The position numbers were made by a program, and so were the translations under genes. From an uncultured bacterium (GTDB lineage Bacteria; Zixibacteria; MSB-5A5; UBA10806), in assembly GCA_965541585.1 (NCBI GenBank), contig CBEUCH010000001.1, positions 192,001-256,000 on the forward strand: 64,000 bases of DNA, written 5' to 3'. Shown one piece after another: positions 36,561 to 45,931 of this stretch (position 1 is the first letter of the stretch; each line of letters opens with the position of its first letter). A model generated the notes under the pieces. It saw nothing but the letters and a program-made list of their open reading frames with translations, made no database searches and was not told where the DNA came from.

Positions 36561-37580
36561 ATGACGAGCATAAAGTCGACAATGAACGTAAGTGTTTTAA
36601 TTATTGCTGCTTTGTTGGTGGCGTTCGCGTTTACCGTCAGCGGCCAGGCGCAGATCCCCGGCGATTTCAATTGTAATGGATTTATTGATTCCTCCGATCC
36701 GGTAATACTCGCAAATATGATAAACTTTATCATTCCTCCCATCGAGGATACCAGTGGTTGCACCTGGTATGCCGGCGATGCCAACGACGACAGCTTATAT
36801 CATACGATTTCGGATTGGATGCAGTTCATTTATATGTTCTCGGGCGATGCACCAGGCGATAATCCTCCTCAGCCGGAAGAACTGGATAGCATAATTGTGG
36901 CCGATACCTCAGGCGTTCCGGGAGAATCTCTGGCGCTGCCGCTGTTCGTGAAGACGGTCGATGATCTATCCGGCATTTTTGTTCAGCTTCATATTGATAC
37001 ATCATTTTTTGAAAATCTATCGGTTAGCCCCGGCTCTGACTCTCTTGATATAAATCAATATATTTCTGAAGATAGGATCTTTCTGGATCATATAGTGGAA
37101 TTAAGCGCCGGATATTACCATATCGCTGATATCAATTTCTCCATTCGGGGCGATGCCCCGCCGGATGAGGAAATAACCATAGAAATTATTGCCGGCGATT
37201 ATTACCCGTCGGCGTTTGCAAACATATCTTTTCCGACTTACCTCATCCGACCTGCTTTGATTAGTGGGACCATATATATCGAGAGAACAGGAATAGACGA
37301 TTATGGACTTCCGGATAAGCTGTCGTTCGATCTTTCAAACTTCCCGAATCCTTTTAACTCATCCACGATTATAAGATTTTCGCTGGAAACTGAATCTAAT
37401 GTAGAGCTGGCCGTTTTCGATATTCTCGGTCGTCGAATTGATAGACTCGTGGATGGCCATCTTTCGTCGGGCGATTACCTGATAGAGTGGGATGCCCGCG
37501 GTCGCCCAAGCGGGGTCTATTTCTACAGGCTGGTTACGCAGGAAACGGCGGTTACACGGCGGATGACGCTTTTGAGATAG
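36561..37580 (+). CDS. secreted dockerin-like plus cohesin-like protein with C-terminal sorting domain
   Basis: Signal peptide; GDFNCNGFIDSSD and GDANDD..TISD Ca-loop pair; beta-sandwich-like GVPGESLALPLFV..VDDLSGI; NFPNPFN...MTLLR. Confidence 0.7.
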   Translation: MTSIKSTMNVSVLIIAALLVAFAFTVSGQAQIPGDFNCNGFIDSSDPVILANMINFIIPPIEDTSGCTWYAGDANDDSLYHTISDWMQFIYMFSGDAPGDNPPQPEELDSIIVADTSGVPGESLALPLFVKTVDDLSGIFVQLHIDTSFFENLSVSPGSDSLDINQYISEDRIFLDHIVELSAGYYHIADINFSIRGDAPPDEEITIEIIAGDYYPSAFANISFPTYLIRPALISGTIYIERTGIDDYGLPDKLSFDLSNFPNPFNSSTIIRFSLETESNVELAVFDILGRRIDRLVDGHLSSGDYLIEWDARGRPSGVYFYRLVTQETAVTRRMTLLR

Positions 37581-37615
37581 AAGGTAAATCAGCCGTACCC
37601 ATTCAAGGAGGAACA

Positions 37616-38845
37616 ATGAAAACAATATTTGGTACATGGACTCATTTCTATTGGTTTTTACTATTATTGATTTTGCCCTCTAATTCCGACGGCCAGGTGA
37701 TCTCTGTTGACGAGTTCCTTCAGACGAAGCTGGTCTCCCGGGATGCCACCGAAACATTTTCATATGATTGCCCCGGCAAGTTCTATTCTTCTGTATATAG
37801 CGATAAGCATTTATCAATAACCTATTCACAACCAAGAACAATCAATACCGAAGAAGGCTCAAAAGATATTTATGATCCTCGCAGGGTTGAAATATTTAAC
37901 TCGCAAGGTAAGCTTTTAAATATACTAGCTGAGGGTGAAAAACCTCGCGTAGCCGGTTTCATTGAAGGCGAAACAGATTACTATGTTTTTGTACAAAGGG
38001 TTGGCGGCAACCATGAGATCGGTATATACGACATGGAGGGAAATATTGTAAAGTCGCTAAATCGCGGATTCTATTCTTATAGTTCACCGCAAGGAAAGTT
38101 CTATTATAACCAGGGTGGAGAAAGCGGTTTAACTATTTATAATGAAAACGGTGATAAGTTATTCGGAATACCTATCAAAGGAGACCGATTTACGGCTAAC
38201 GCTGCTTCCGATTCAACTTTATTGGTTGTTGGTAGAACCACTTTAGCTTTTTGGAATATCAATACTCAAGAGATAATATGGGAAAGAAACATTCCGACTA
38301 AACGAAATAATATTGTAGATGAATCCTCTCACATTCAATTTTCAATGCCCGGCAATATAATAGCATTACATAGCAGTAAGGGCTACTATTGCTTCAATTT
38401 CCAGGGTGATTTTTTGTGGGCTGACGAAGATTATGGCTTTGGCGCTAAGTCGTTAAAACACACAGGTGTTTCAAAGAGTAATGGCGATGTAGTTGTAATT
38501 TACTCTAAGTTTAATAACCAACATTCGCGCTTTGTGAAGGTTTTCAATAATAAGGGTATATCATTGGGCGAGCATGAAATTCAGTTGGGAGAAAATGTCA
38601 AATTTGCTAGCACTTACAGTTTTACAGCTGTGGTATATAACGATCATGTTTTGATACGAATCGGGACAAGTACTGCTGATCAGGGTATCGGTTTTGCCAC
38701 TTGCATTTTATATAAAGAAAATCAATCCTGGAGTTCCGCCGTTGTAGGTGGTTTCTGGTATTTTTTAAACAAAGACAGCCAGATGGAAAGATTAATTGGA
38801 TATGATTCAATTTCCCGGCAAGTTAGAGGATTTCAAATTAAATAG
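37616..38845 (+). CDS. hypothetical exported beta-rich (propeller-like) protein, low GC
   Basis: SD AAGGAGG, hydrophobic N-terminus, repeated IY/FN..G.(L/I) turns; visibly AT-rich. Confidence 0.75.
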   Translation: MKTIFGTWTHFYWFLLLLILPSNSDGQVISVDEFLQTKLVSRDATETFSYDCPGKFYSSVYSDKHLSITYSQPRTINTEEGSKDIYDPRRVEIFNSQGKLLNILAEGEKPRVAGFIEGETDYYVFVQRVGGNHEIGIYDMEGNIVKSLNRGFYSYSSPQGKFYYNQGGESGLTIYNENGDKLFGIPIKGDRFTANAASDSTLLVVGRTTLAFWNINTQEIIWERNIPTKRNNIVDESSHIQFSMPGNIIALHSSKGYYCFNFQGDFLWADEDYGFGAKSLKHTGVSKSNGDVVVIYSKFNNQHSRFVKVFNNKGISLGEHEIQLGENVKFASTYSFTAVVYNDHVLIRIGTSTADQGIGFATCILYKENQSWSSAVVGGFWYFLNKDSQMERLIGYDSISRQVRGFQIK

Positions 38846-38875
38846 GCGGTTGATGTATACTGCCCCCCATTTTTC

Positions 38876-38904
38876 TTGACATAGAATATCTAATAACATA
38901 GAAT
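38876..38904 (+). promoter_or_regulatory. sigma-70 promoter upstream of the riboswitch
   Basis: TTGACA-17 nt-TAGAAT. Confidence 0.75.
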
Positions 38905-38909
38905 AATTA

Positions 38910-39060
38910 TTGAAGGGTCAAATGGCCCCGATGGGAAGGCGGTGAGAGGCCGTCGCAGCCCCGCTACTGTAATCGGGTAAGCGCCGCATCAGCCACCCCC
39001 GCAAGGGAGGAAGGCGCGGCCGCCCAGTCCGGGTCCGTAAGTCAGGATACCATCGGAAAT
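38910..39060 (+). ncRNA. cobalamin (B12) riboswitch (boundaries approximate)
   Basis: GGGAA..GGTG, GCAGCCCCCGCTACTGTA, GCCAC..GGAAGG and B12-box AGTCAGGATACC in the expected order, directly upstream of a TonB-dependent receptor. Confidence 0.85.
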
Positions 39061-39093
39061 ATTCCTTGTTAACCTTCGAGGGCGAGGTAGGGA

Positions 39094-41319
39094 ATGCAAC
39101 CAAGCTTATTTCCGGCCGAACGGGAAAAACCGATCGGGACCCTCGGCCGGCTTTTCATTGCCATAATTTTGGGGATAATCCTCTCGTTTTTCCTGTCATC
39201 CCTCGCCAGATCGCAGACTGAAATCAAGATCGTCGGACAGGTTATCGATGCCATTTCGGGCGCTCCGATCCCCGGAGCGGCTGTGCACATCGAAGGTTTG
39301 GGTAAAACCGTGGCCACCGACGGCACCGGCCATTTTCGCTTCACTGACCTGCCGGTAGGTTATTATTCGATAGATGCTCAGAGGATCGGATATAAGCTTA
39401 TCTCCCCGATTCGGACCTATGTGAGTCCGAGCTCAGCATCGCAGATTATTGTAAAAATGTCTCCTGTACCGGTGGCCGTATCGGACCAGCTTGTGAGAGC
39501 AGGTAAAATAGACCGGGTTACTATTCGACGTGAAGGTAATCTATCGATAGTGGAGATACCGCGTGGTGGGCTGGAGAATATCAACGACCTGGTGGATAGA
39601 ATTCCCGAACTCGAGCTTGTGGAATCCGGGGCACAGGAATTTCTGAGAATCCGGGGCGCGGATCTAAATGGTACTGTCGTTATGCTCGATGGCCGGCTTA
39701 TCAATTCGACACTTACCTCAAGAGGCGATATTTCTGTGATTCCGATCGGTTCTGTAACCAGAATAGAAATCGCCAGGGGTGGCAATTATTCAACTCCGGG
39801 TCTGGCCGGTAGCGTCAATTTTCGGACGGACGACCGAGGCCATGATCGTCGAATAGCCGTTTCCGGAGAGCGCGGTAATCATGGTTTTGAATCCTATTCA
39901 TTCCGCACTGGAGGACATAGCCTCGCAGGGCTCAATCCGACTCTGGAGTGGAACAATAGTTTCTATAGAGGCGATTTTTCTTTCATTGATCCGAGGGACT
40001 CGATTCAAACACGGCAAAACAATTTTAGCCGCACTTCGAAAATATTCAGTACTATCGATTACGATTGGAAGCGTGCCGCCCTGAAATTGGGCGGTAGATA
40101 TTTCAAGCGAAAGGCCGGTGTGCCGGGCCCCATTTTCCAGCTAACGCCGGAGGCTAATTCTAATATCGAGGAAAAAGAAATATACACGAGATTCTCACAA
40201 GGATTCGGTTCCGATACAGAGCTGGATCTTACGGCCGGAGTTACGAACAGGCATGCCGAATATGATTCCCCCAGAACTCCCACAAACTTTATCCCTTATA
40301 AAACGGTGTTCGATGAACAATCGCGGGACATCAAAATACAAATCCAGCGGGCGGGGCGGATCGATCTCGACAGTTATCTAGGGATCCGATACGAGTCATT
40401 GGATGGTGAGGATCTTATTCGACCCGCAGCCGGTTTCGGTTTCCATTCCAGGCTGGTCAACGCTCTGGGCATAGCGGCTTCCTACAGGTTCGAGAAACTA
40501 AGCATATTAAATGAATCATCGGCCATAATCATCGGTCTGCGGAAAGAGGGCGGTGACCACGGGGATTTCTGGGCGCCGTCAGTGACCTCGAGAATCAACC
40601 TGGATCTACCTGCCGAACCGGGATTCGATTTCTCCTATTCGAGAGCACGCCGTCTGCCGGATCTGACCGACCTGTACTGGAAAGAGGATGTTTTTGCCAC
40701 GCCGAATGCGGACCTGCAGCCGGAAGAATCCAGAGGCTATGAGATCGGTTTCGATCTCCGGAATGGTATTTTTGGCCCGGTGAATTTGAGAATCTCACGA
40801 TACCTGACCCACTATGACAATCTGATCATCTGGCGAAAATGGGCCGGCGATAAATTCAAACCGGTAAACCTCTCTCGTGCCGAGATCAGCGGATGGGACG
40901 TCTCGCTTGAGGCTAACCCCCTGAATGGCCCGGTGTCGCTCTACTGGATCGCCTCATTTACAAAGCCGCTTAACAAAGAAAGCGAAATGAGCCATCACGA
41001 CAAGTTCCTGACATTCCGACCGATCGGCACCCAGAATGCCGCAATCGAAATTGATTTCGAAAATCTCAAATTAAGAGTGGCCGGACGGCATATCGGGCGA
41101 CGTTACACAACTGAGGAGAACACAAAATCCCTGACGCCGGTGGATCTGATTGATCTTGGAATCAACTATAAGCTGCAACTCAGATCAATCGAGGCGGCTT
41201 TTGGTATAGAACTTACCAATGTCGGCGATATCCAGTATGAGATTCTGGATCGTCAGCCTCAACGGCCCAGAGAATACAGAGCAAGAATAGAGATTCGAAA
41301 AATAGGAGGATATAAATGA
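39094..41319 (+). CDS. TonB-dependent receptor, BtuB-like, with N-terminal carboxypeptidase-regulatory-like domain
   Basis: G.VID..SG.PIPGA.V...TD..G.F; plug RIRGA...VVMLDGR..N, RIEI.RG; NADLQPEESRGYEIG; riboswitch upstream. Confidence 0.88.
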   Translation: MQPSLFPAEREKPIGTLGRLFIAIILGIILSFFLSSLARSQTEIKIVGQVIDAISGAPIPGAAVHIEGLGKTVATDGTGHFRFTDLPVGYYSIDAQRIGYKLISPIRTYVSPSSASQIIVKMSPVPVAVSDQLVRAGKIDRVTIRREGNLSIVEIPRGGLENINDLVDRIPELELVESGAQEFLRIRGADLNGTVVMLDGRLINSTLTSRGDISVIPIGSVTRIEIARGGNYSTPGLAGSVNFRTDDRGHDRRIAVSGERGNHGFESYSFRTGGHSLAGLNPTLEWNNSFYRGDFSFIDPRDSIQTRQNNFSRTSKIFSTIDYDWKRAALKLGGRYFKRKAGVPGPIFQLTPEANSNIEEKEIYTRFSQGFGSDTELDLTAGVTNRHAEYDSPRTPTNFIPYKTVFDEQSRDIKIQIQRAGRIDLDSYLGIRYESLDGEDLIRPAAGFGFHSRLVNALGIAASYRFEKLSILNESSAIIIGLRKEGGDHGDFWAPSVTSRINLDLPAEPGFDFSYSRARRLPDLTDLYWKEDVFATPNADLQPEESRGYEIGFDLRNGIFGPVNLRISRYLTHYDNLIIWRKWAGDKFKPVNLSRAEISGWDVSLEANPLNGPVSLYWIASFTKPLNKESEMSHHDKFLTFRPIGTQNAAIEIDFENLKLRVAGRHIGRRYTTEENTKSLTPVDLIDLGINYKLQLRSIEAAFGIELTNVGDIQYEILDRQPQRPREYRARIEIRKIGGYK

Positions 41320-42638
41320 ACAGGTTAGCGCTATCGTTATTGTTATTCTTTTCTTCGCCCGTGCTTGCCCAGAGACAGGCCTATGTGGTCAATAACCTGG
41401 CCGAGACGCTATCCATGATCGATCTGGAGGAGGAAACGGTCGAAAATCATATTGTCGTTCTGGGCGAAACCCCGAATCAGGTGGTTTATCATGGGGATTA
41501 TCTCTACATAGTCAATTCGATTTCGGCAAACGTGCAGAAAATAGACCAACAGACTCATCAGCAGGTAGCCGATATTTATCTGCCCATCGGATCGAATCCC
41601 TATTTTATTGCCTTTGACCAGGACTACGGGTATGTCACCGGATGGGTCTCGGGGAAGGTATATGAGATTGACCTTTCGACAGACCAGGTGGGCCGGGAGA
41701 TTGAGATTGGCGGTTTCCCGGAGGGAATCCTCCTTGCCGACGGATTATTATATGTTACCCAGACCTATTTCAATCCGGACGATTTCAGCTACGGTCAGGG
41801 AAAAATTGCCATAGTTGATCCGGTAGCCTTCACGCTTGAACGCCAGGTTGATGTCGGCAAGAACCCGCAATGGATCAGCCGGGCGCCCGATGGCCGCCTG
41901 CATATCGTCTGCACCGGTAATTATTTCGATGTCGAGGGCTCGGTATATATTTTCGATCCGGTTTCTGAGACCGTGGCTGATTCTGTCTTGATCGGCGGGC
42001 AGCCGGCCATGCTGGCGATATCATCTCCAGGGATAGGGTATCTGGCGGCAGGAGGCTGGATCGATCATGGACATATATACTCCTATGACATTCAGTCAGG
42101 AGATATTCTGCGGGGCCCGTCGAATCCCATAATAGCCGGGCTCGGTGTGACCTGGGTGGCGGTCGATTCCCTGGGATTTATATATTCCTGCAATTTTGGC
42201 GATGATACGGTCTCGAAGCTTTCGCCATCGGGAGAGATCCTTGGCTCTTTTAACATGGGGGATGGCCCCATTTCGATAACCATTGTCGATGACGTTATTA
42301 TCGGGATCGAACCGGAGGAAAATGTCAACCTTCCCGACAGAACCGGGCTTCTGGACAATTATCCCAATCCTTTTAACTCCGGGACGCTTATAAGATACGA
42401 ATTGCCGCCCGCCGATATGGCGCCGTTGACAATAGAGATATACGATCTGGTGGGCAGGCGGGTGAAATTGTTCCGATTGGAAACCGGAGACCGTAAAGGT
42501 GTAGTTTACTGGGATGGCACCGACGATACTGGTGGAGATTGCGCCAGCGGATCGTATTTCGCACGGCTGGCAGGCTCACGCGGCCCGGATGATGAATTAT
42601 CTTCAGAGGTTGTCGTAAAAATGATGATGATCAGATAG
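41316..42638 (+). CDS. YncE/YVTN-type beta-propeller (BtuG-like) with C-terminal sorting domain
   Basis: AYVVN...LS.IDL, IG.NP, IGGFPEG, VGKNP blades; NYPNPFN...SGSYFARL...KMMMIR; ATGA overlap with the receptor gene. Confidence 0.8.
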   Translation: MNRLALSLLLFFSSPVLAQRQAYVVNNLAETLSMIDLEEETVENHIVVLGETPNQVVYHGDYLYIVNSISANVQKIDQQTHQQVADIYLPIGSNPYFIAFDQDYGYVTGWVSGKVYEIDLSTDQVGREIEIGGFPEGILLADGLLYVTQTYFNPDDFSYGQGKIAIVDPVAFTLERQVDVGKNPQWISRAPDGRLHIVCTGNYFDVEGSVYIFDPVSETVADSVLIGGQPAMLAISSPGIGYLAAGGWIDHGHIYSYDIQSGDILRGPSNPIIAGLGVTWVAVDSLGFIYSCNFGDDTVSKLSPSGEILGSFNMGDGPISITIVDDVIIGIEPEENVNLPDRTGLLDNYPNPFNSGTLIRYELPPADMAPLTIEIYDLVGRRVKLFRLETGDRKGVVYWDGTDDTGGDCASGSYFARLAGSRGPDDELSSEVVVKMMMIR

Positions 42639-42746
42639 GGATCTTCGTCCGAAATTGGCGATATGAGGTTTTGAGAAAATAGAGATTGCCCGGAATGGCA
42701 TATTGGTTATATTACCAAGTTGAGCAAGATATTGAAGGAGGAATGA

Positions 42747-42971
42747 TTGAAAGCTAAGATTCATCCAAAGTATTACGAGACGACAATTAAGTGCGCCTGC
42801 GGGAACGCCATAGAAACGAGATCGACCGTGAAGAATATCACGGTTGAAATCTGTTCCAGCTGTCATCCGTTTTTTACCGGCAAACAGAAACTGGTCGATA
42901 CAGCAGGACGGGTCGAGCGGTTCCGCACCAAGTACGCCAAGCACCTGGATTTGAAAAAGAAGGCAAAGTAA
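42747..42971 (+). CDS. rpmE: 50S ribosomal protein L31 (Zn-binding form)
   Basis: [41 protein letters not shown] start with SD AGGAGG. Confidence 0.97.
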   Translation: MKAKIHPKYYETTIKCACGNAIETRSTVKNITVEICSSCHPFFTGKQKLVDTAGRVERFRTKYAKHLDLKKKAK

Positions 42972-43011
42972 GGGGCTTTTTTCTCAGGCTTGCAGGAGGC
43001 CTGCTTTTCGT

Positions 43012-44016
43012 ATGCGTCGCGGAATGTTTGAAAGCGGTTTATTGCCGAGGTTGTCGCTGTTATTGAAGGCGGCTTTCTCAGTGGATAAGAACGTCGGAGG
43101 GCAGGCGGTAATAGAGGGGGTCATGATACGATCTCCGGAGAAGGTCTCGACATCCGTGCGGCTTCCCGATGGTAGAATAATCACCAAAACGGAGCCGTTC
43201 ATATCCCTGACGAAGAGAAAGAAGATTCTTGGCAAAGCGATCATCAGGGGAGTTGTTTCTTTTTTTGAAATGCTGATCCTGGGAATAAAAACTCTAAATT
43301 ATTCAGCCGAGATGGCGGCGTCCGGGGAGGATGGGCCTATTGCGGAGAAGGCAGACTCGCAATCCGGCAATTTTAACCTGGCGATCGCAATTACGGTAAT
43401 TATATCCCTGGCCCTGGCCATGACGTTGTTCTTTTTTCTGCCGATTCTTATTACGCAACTTTTATCGATCAACAGGGAAGCGCTGGAATTCAATATTGCG
43501 GCGGGATGTGTCAGGCTGGCGATATTCCTGGCATACGTCTGGGTCCTCTCCTGGTTCAGCAGCTTCAGACGAATATTCCAGTATCATGGAGCGGAACATA
43601 AATCGATTTTCGCCTTTGAAGCCGACATGCCTCTGAAAGTGGAGTCGACTCATGGTTTCTCGACCCATCATCCCCGGTGCGGCACCAGCTTCATTCTGAT
43701 CGTTGCCATGTTTGCGATTCTTACATATTCGGTTTCCGATACTGTTTTTGCAATTGTTTTTGGACACGCGCCCGGTGTACTCGAGAGATTTTCCACTCAT
43801 TTGCTTTTCCTTCCGATCGTTGCCGGAACATCCTTCGAGCTTCTGAAACTCTCGGGCAAAACCCGCAATAATCCTGTCACCAGAATATTGATCGCGCCCG
43901 GACTCTGGCTGCAGCGAATCACAACCAATGAGCCGTCGGATGATCAAGTGGAGGTCGCCCTTACGGCACTGAGAAGCTCAATTGCCGGTACCTCTCTGGA
44001 TCCCGAACCCGTTTAA
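43012..44016 (+). CDS. DUF1385-family membrane protein (start uncertain)
   Basis: VGGQAVIEGVMIR, FQYHGAEHK, HPRCGTSF, PGLWLQRITT.EP...QVEVA; usual rpmE-prfA neighbour. Confidence 0.9.
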   Translation: MRRGMFESGLLPRLSLLLKAAFSVDKNVGGQAVIEGVMIRSPEKVSTSVRLPDGRIITKTEPFISLTKRKKILGKAIIRGVVSFFEMLILGIKTLNYSAEMAASGEDGPIAEKADSQSGNFNLAIAITVIISLALAMTLFFFLPILITQLLSINREALEFNIAAGCVRLAIFLAYVWVLSWFSSFRRIFQYHGAEHKSIFAFEADMPLKVESTHGFSTHHPRCGTSFILIVAMFAILTYSVSDTVFAIVFGHAPGVLERFSTHLLFLPIVAGTSFELLKLSGKTRNNPVTRILIAPGLWLQRITTNEPSDDQVEVALTALRSSIAGTSLDPEPV

Positions 44017-44041
44017 GTTCTGAACTCGAAACCGGGATAAT

Positions 44042-45124
44042 ATGTCATCGGATTTATTAAAAGTATTGAAACAGGCGGAAGAGCGTTTTTCCGAACTTGT
44101 GGAAATTCTCTCCGATCCCCAGACGATCTCCGATAAGAAACGATTTCGGGAACTGGCCAAGGAGCAGTCGGATCTGGGGGAAACGGTTAAAAAGGGGGAA
44201 GAATATCGCAGAGTTTTAAAGGAGATCGATGAGAACCGCGAGCTGATGGAATCCCCCGCTGATCCGGAACTGGCCGAGATGGCTAAAGCCGAGGCCGACG
44301 AGCTTGGGGAAAAACTGAATAACCTGCGTACCGAGCTGGGGCTTCTCTTAATCCCCAAAAACCCGGGCGATTACAAGAACGCTATAGTGGAAATCCGGGC
44401 TGGAACCGGCGGAGGGGAGGCGGCACTTTTTGCCGCCGATCTCTACAGAATGTACAGCAGATTTATCGAGACAAAAGCCTGGAAAAAAGATGTCATGAAC
44501 ACCAACAGCACCGGTATCGGCGGTTTGAAGGAGATCATTTTTTCCGTAGAGGGCAAGGGAGCTTTTGGAGAGTTGAAACTCGAATCAGGAGTACACCGTG
44601 TACAGAGGGTGCCGCGAACCGAGGCTTCCGGCCGCCTCCACACGTCGGCGGCAAGCGTTGTCGTTTTGCCGGAGGCGGAGGAGGTTGACCTGCATATAGC
44701 ACCTCAGGATCTTAAGATAGATGTCTATCGATCCTCAGGGCCGGGCGGGCAATCCGTCAATACTTCCGATTCGGCGGTGCGAATAACTCACCTGCCGACC
44801 AATACCGTTGTCACCTGCCAGGATGAGAAATCACAATTGAAGAACAAGAATAAAGCCATGAAAATAATGCGCGCTCGCCTGCACGATAAGGCAATGAAGG
44901 AACAGCATGATAATATCGCCCGGCAGCGAAAGAACCAGGTCGGGACGGGGGATCGTTCCGAGAAAATACGAACCTACAATTTTCCGCAAAACAGGGTTAC
45001 CGATCATAGATTCGGGTTGACTCTGTATGATCTCGAAAATATCTTGGACGGCGATATCGGCGAACTGATCGGCGCGGCCAGGAAGGCGGCCTACGAATTG
45101 CAGTTGAAAGGAAATAAAGGATAA
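44042..45124 (+). CDS. prfA: peptide chain release factor 1
   Basis: EIRAGTGG.EAALFA, GVHRVQRVPRTE (PxT), GPGGQ, RSEKIRTYNFPQNR. Confidence 0.97.
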   Translation: MSSDLLKVLKQAEERFSELVEILSDPQTISDKKRFRELAKEQSDLGETVKKGEEYRRVLKEIDENRELMESPADPELAEMAKAEADELGEKLNNLRTELGLLLIPKNPGDYKNAIVEIRAGTGGGEAALFAADLYRMYSRFIETKAWKKDVMNTNSTGIGGLKEIIFSVEGKGAFGELKLESGVHRVQRVPRTEASGRLHTSAASVVVLPEAEEVDLHIAPQDLKIDVYRSSGPGGQSVNTSDSAVRITHLPTNTVVTCQDEKSQLKNKNKAMKIMRARLHDKAMKEQHDNIARQRKNQVGTGDRSEKIRTYNFPQNRVTDHRFGLTLYDLENILDGDIGELIGAARKAAYELQLKGNKG

Positions 45125-45126
45125 CA

Positions 45127-45930
45127 GTGGTGCGTTATGTGGCGGCTCTGGCGCTGACTATCTTGATGCTGGGAATAGCCAGGCGGATCTCGACTCGACA
45201 TCCCACCGATCATTCCGCCGAAGCCGGAGGCATTACACTAAGCCATCGAACGGTCACGGAAGACTTTGGTGACGGCCCAAGAATCGATATGAAGGCGACC
45301 TCTACCGAGGGACTGGTGGCTATAGTGTTTTATTCGCAGGTTGATGGCGGACCATACACGGCTGACAGCCTGAGCCGCATGCCTGATGGATTCTCGGCGA
45401 TCCTACCCGTGCTTGAGAAGGGAAAGAGATGGTATTATCATATCAAAGCCTATCAATCCGAAAAGGAAAGAGCGAAATTTCCTCCCGGACCCGACCAGTT
45501 TATTAAATTTAAAGGACATGTTCCCGCCTATATTTTAGTTCCTCATATTTTTTGTATGTTCGCCACCATATTTTTCGGTTTGCTGACAGTTATTTCATCA
45601 ATAAACGCTGTTAAGGGGAAAGCGGATATCAAGCAATCCGTTCGCTACCTGCTATGGACTGTAATCTTTGCTTTTATCGGGAGCTTCCCGCTGGGGTATA
45701 TTGTGGCCTATCTTGCATTCGGCCAGGGATGGAGCGGGATCCCGATCGGCTGGGACATTACCGATAATAAGACCGTAATTTTATTTCTCTTCTGGCTGGT
45801 GACATTTATCCTCGCCCGGAAAGGACTTAAAGGCGAACGTATGGTGATATCGAAAAAGGCTTATATGTCTCTGGTGTTAACGAGCTTGATAGTAACCTTT
45901 ATAGCTTTCGTAATTCCCCACTCGATCTGA
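45127..45930 (+). CDS. hypothetical membrane protein (N-terminal anchor, Ig-like domain, ~4 TM)
   Basis: Tightly packed ORF; hydrophobic C-terminal half with HI..MF, WSGIPIGWDITDNKT, IPHS. Confidence 0.8.
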   Translation: MVRYVAALALTILMLGIARRISTRHPTDHSAEAGGITLSHRTVTEDFGDGPRIDMKATSTEGLVAIVFYSQVDGGPYTADSLSRMPDGFSAILPVLEKGKRWYYHIKAYQSEKERAKFPPGPDQFIKFKGHVPAYILVPHIFCMFATIFFGLLTVISSINAVKGKADIKQSVRYLLWTVIFAFIGSFPLGYIVAYLAFGQGWSGIPIGWDITDNKTVILFLFWLVTFILARKGLKGERMVISKKAYMSLVLTSLIVTFIAFVIPHSI

Positions 45931-45931
45931 T

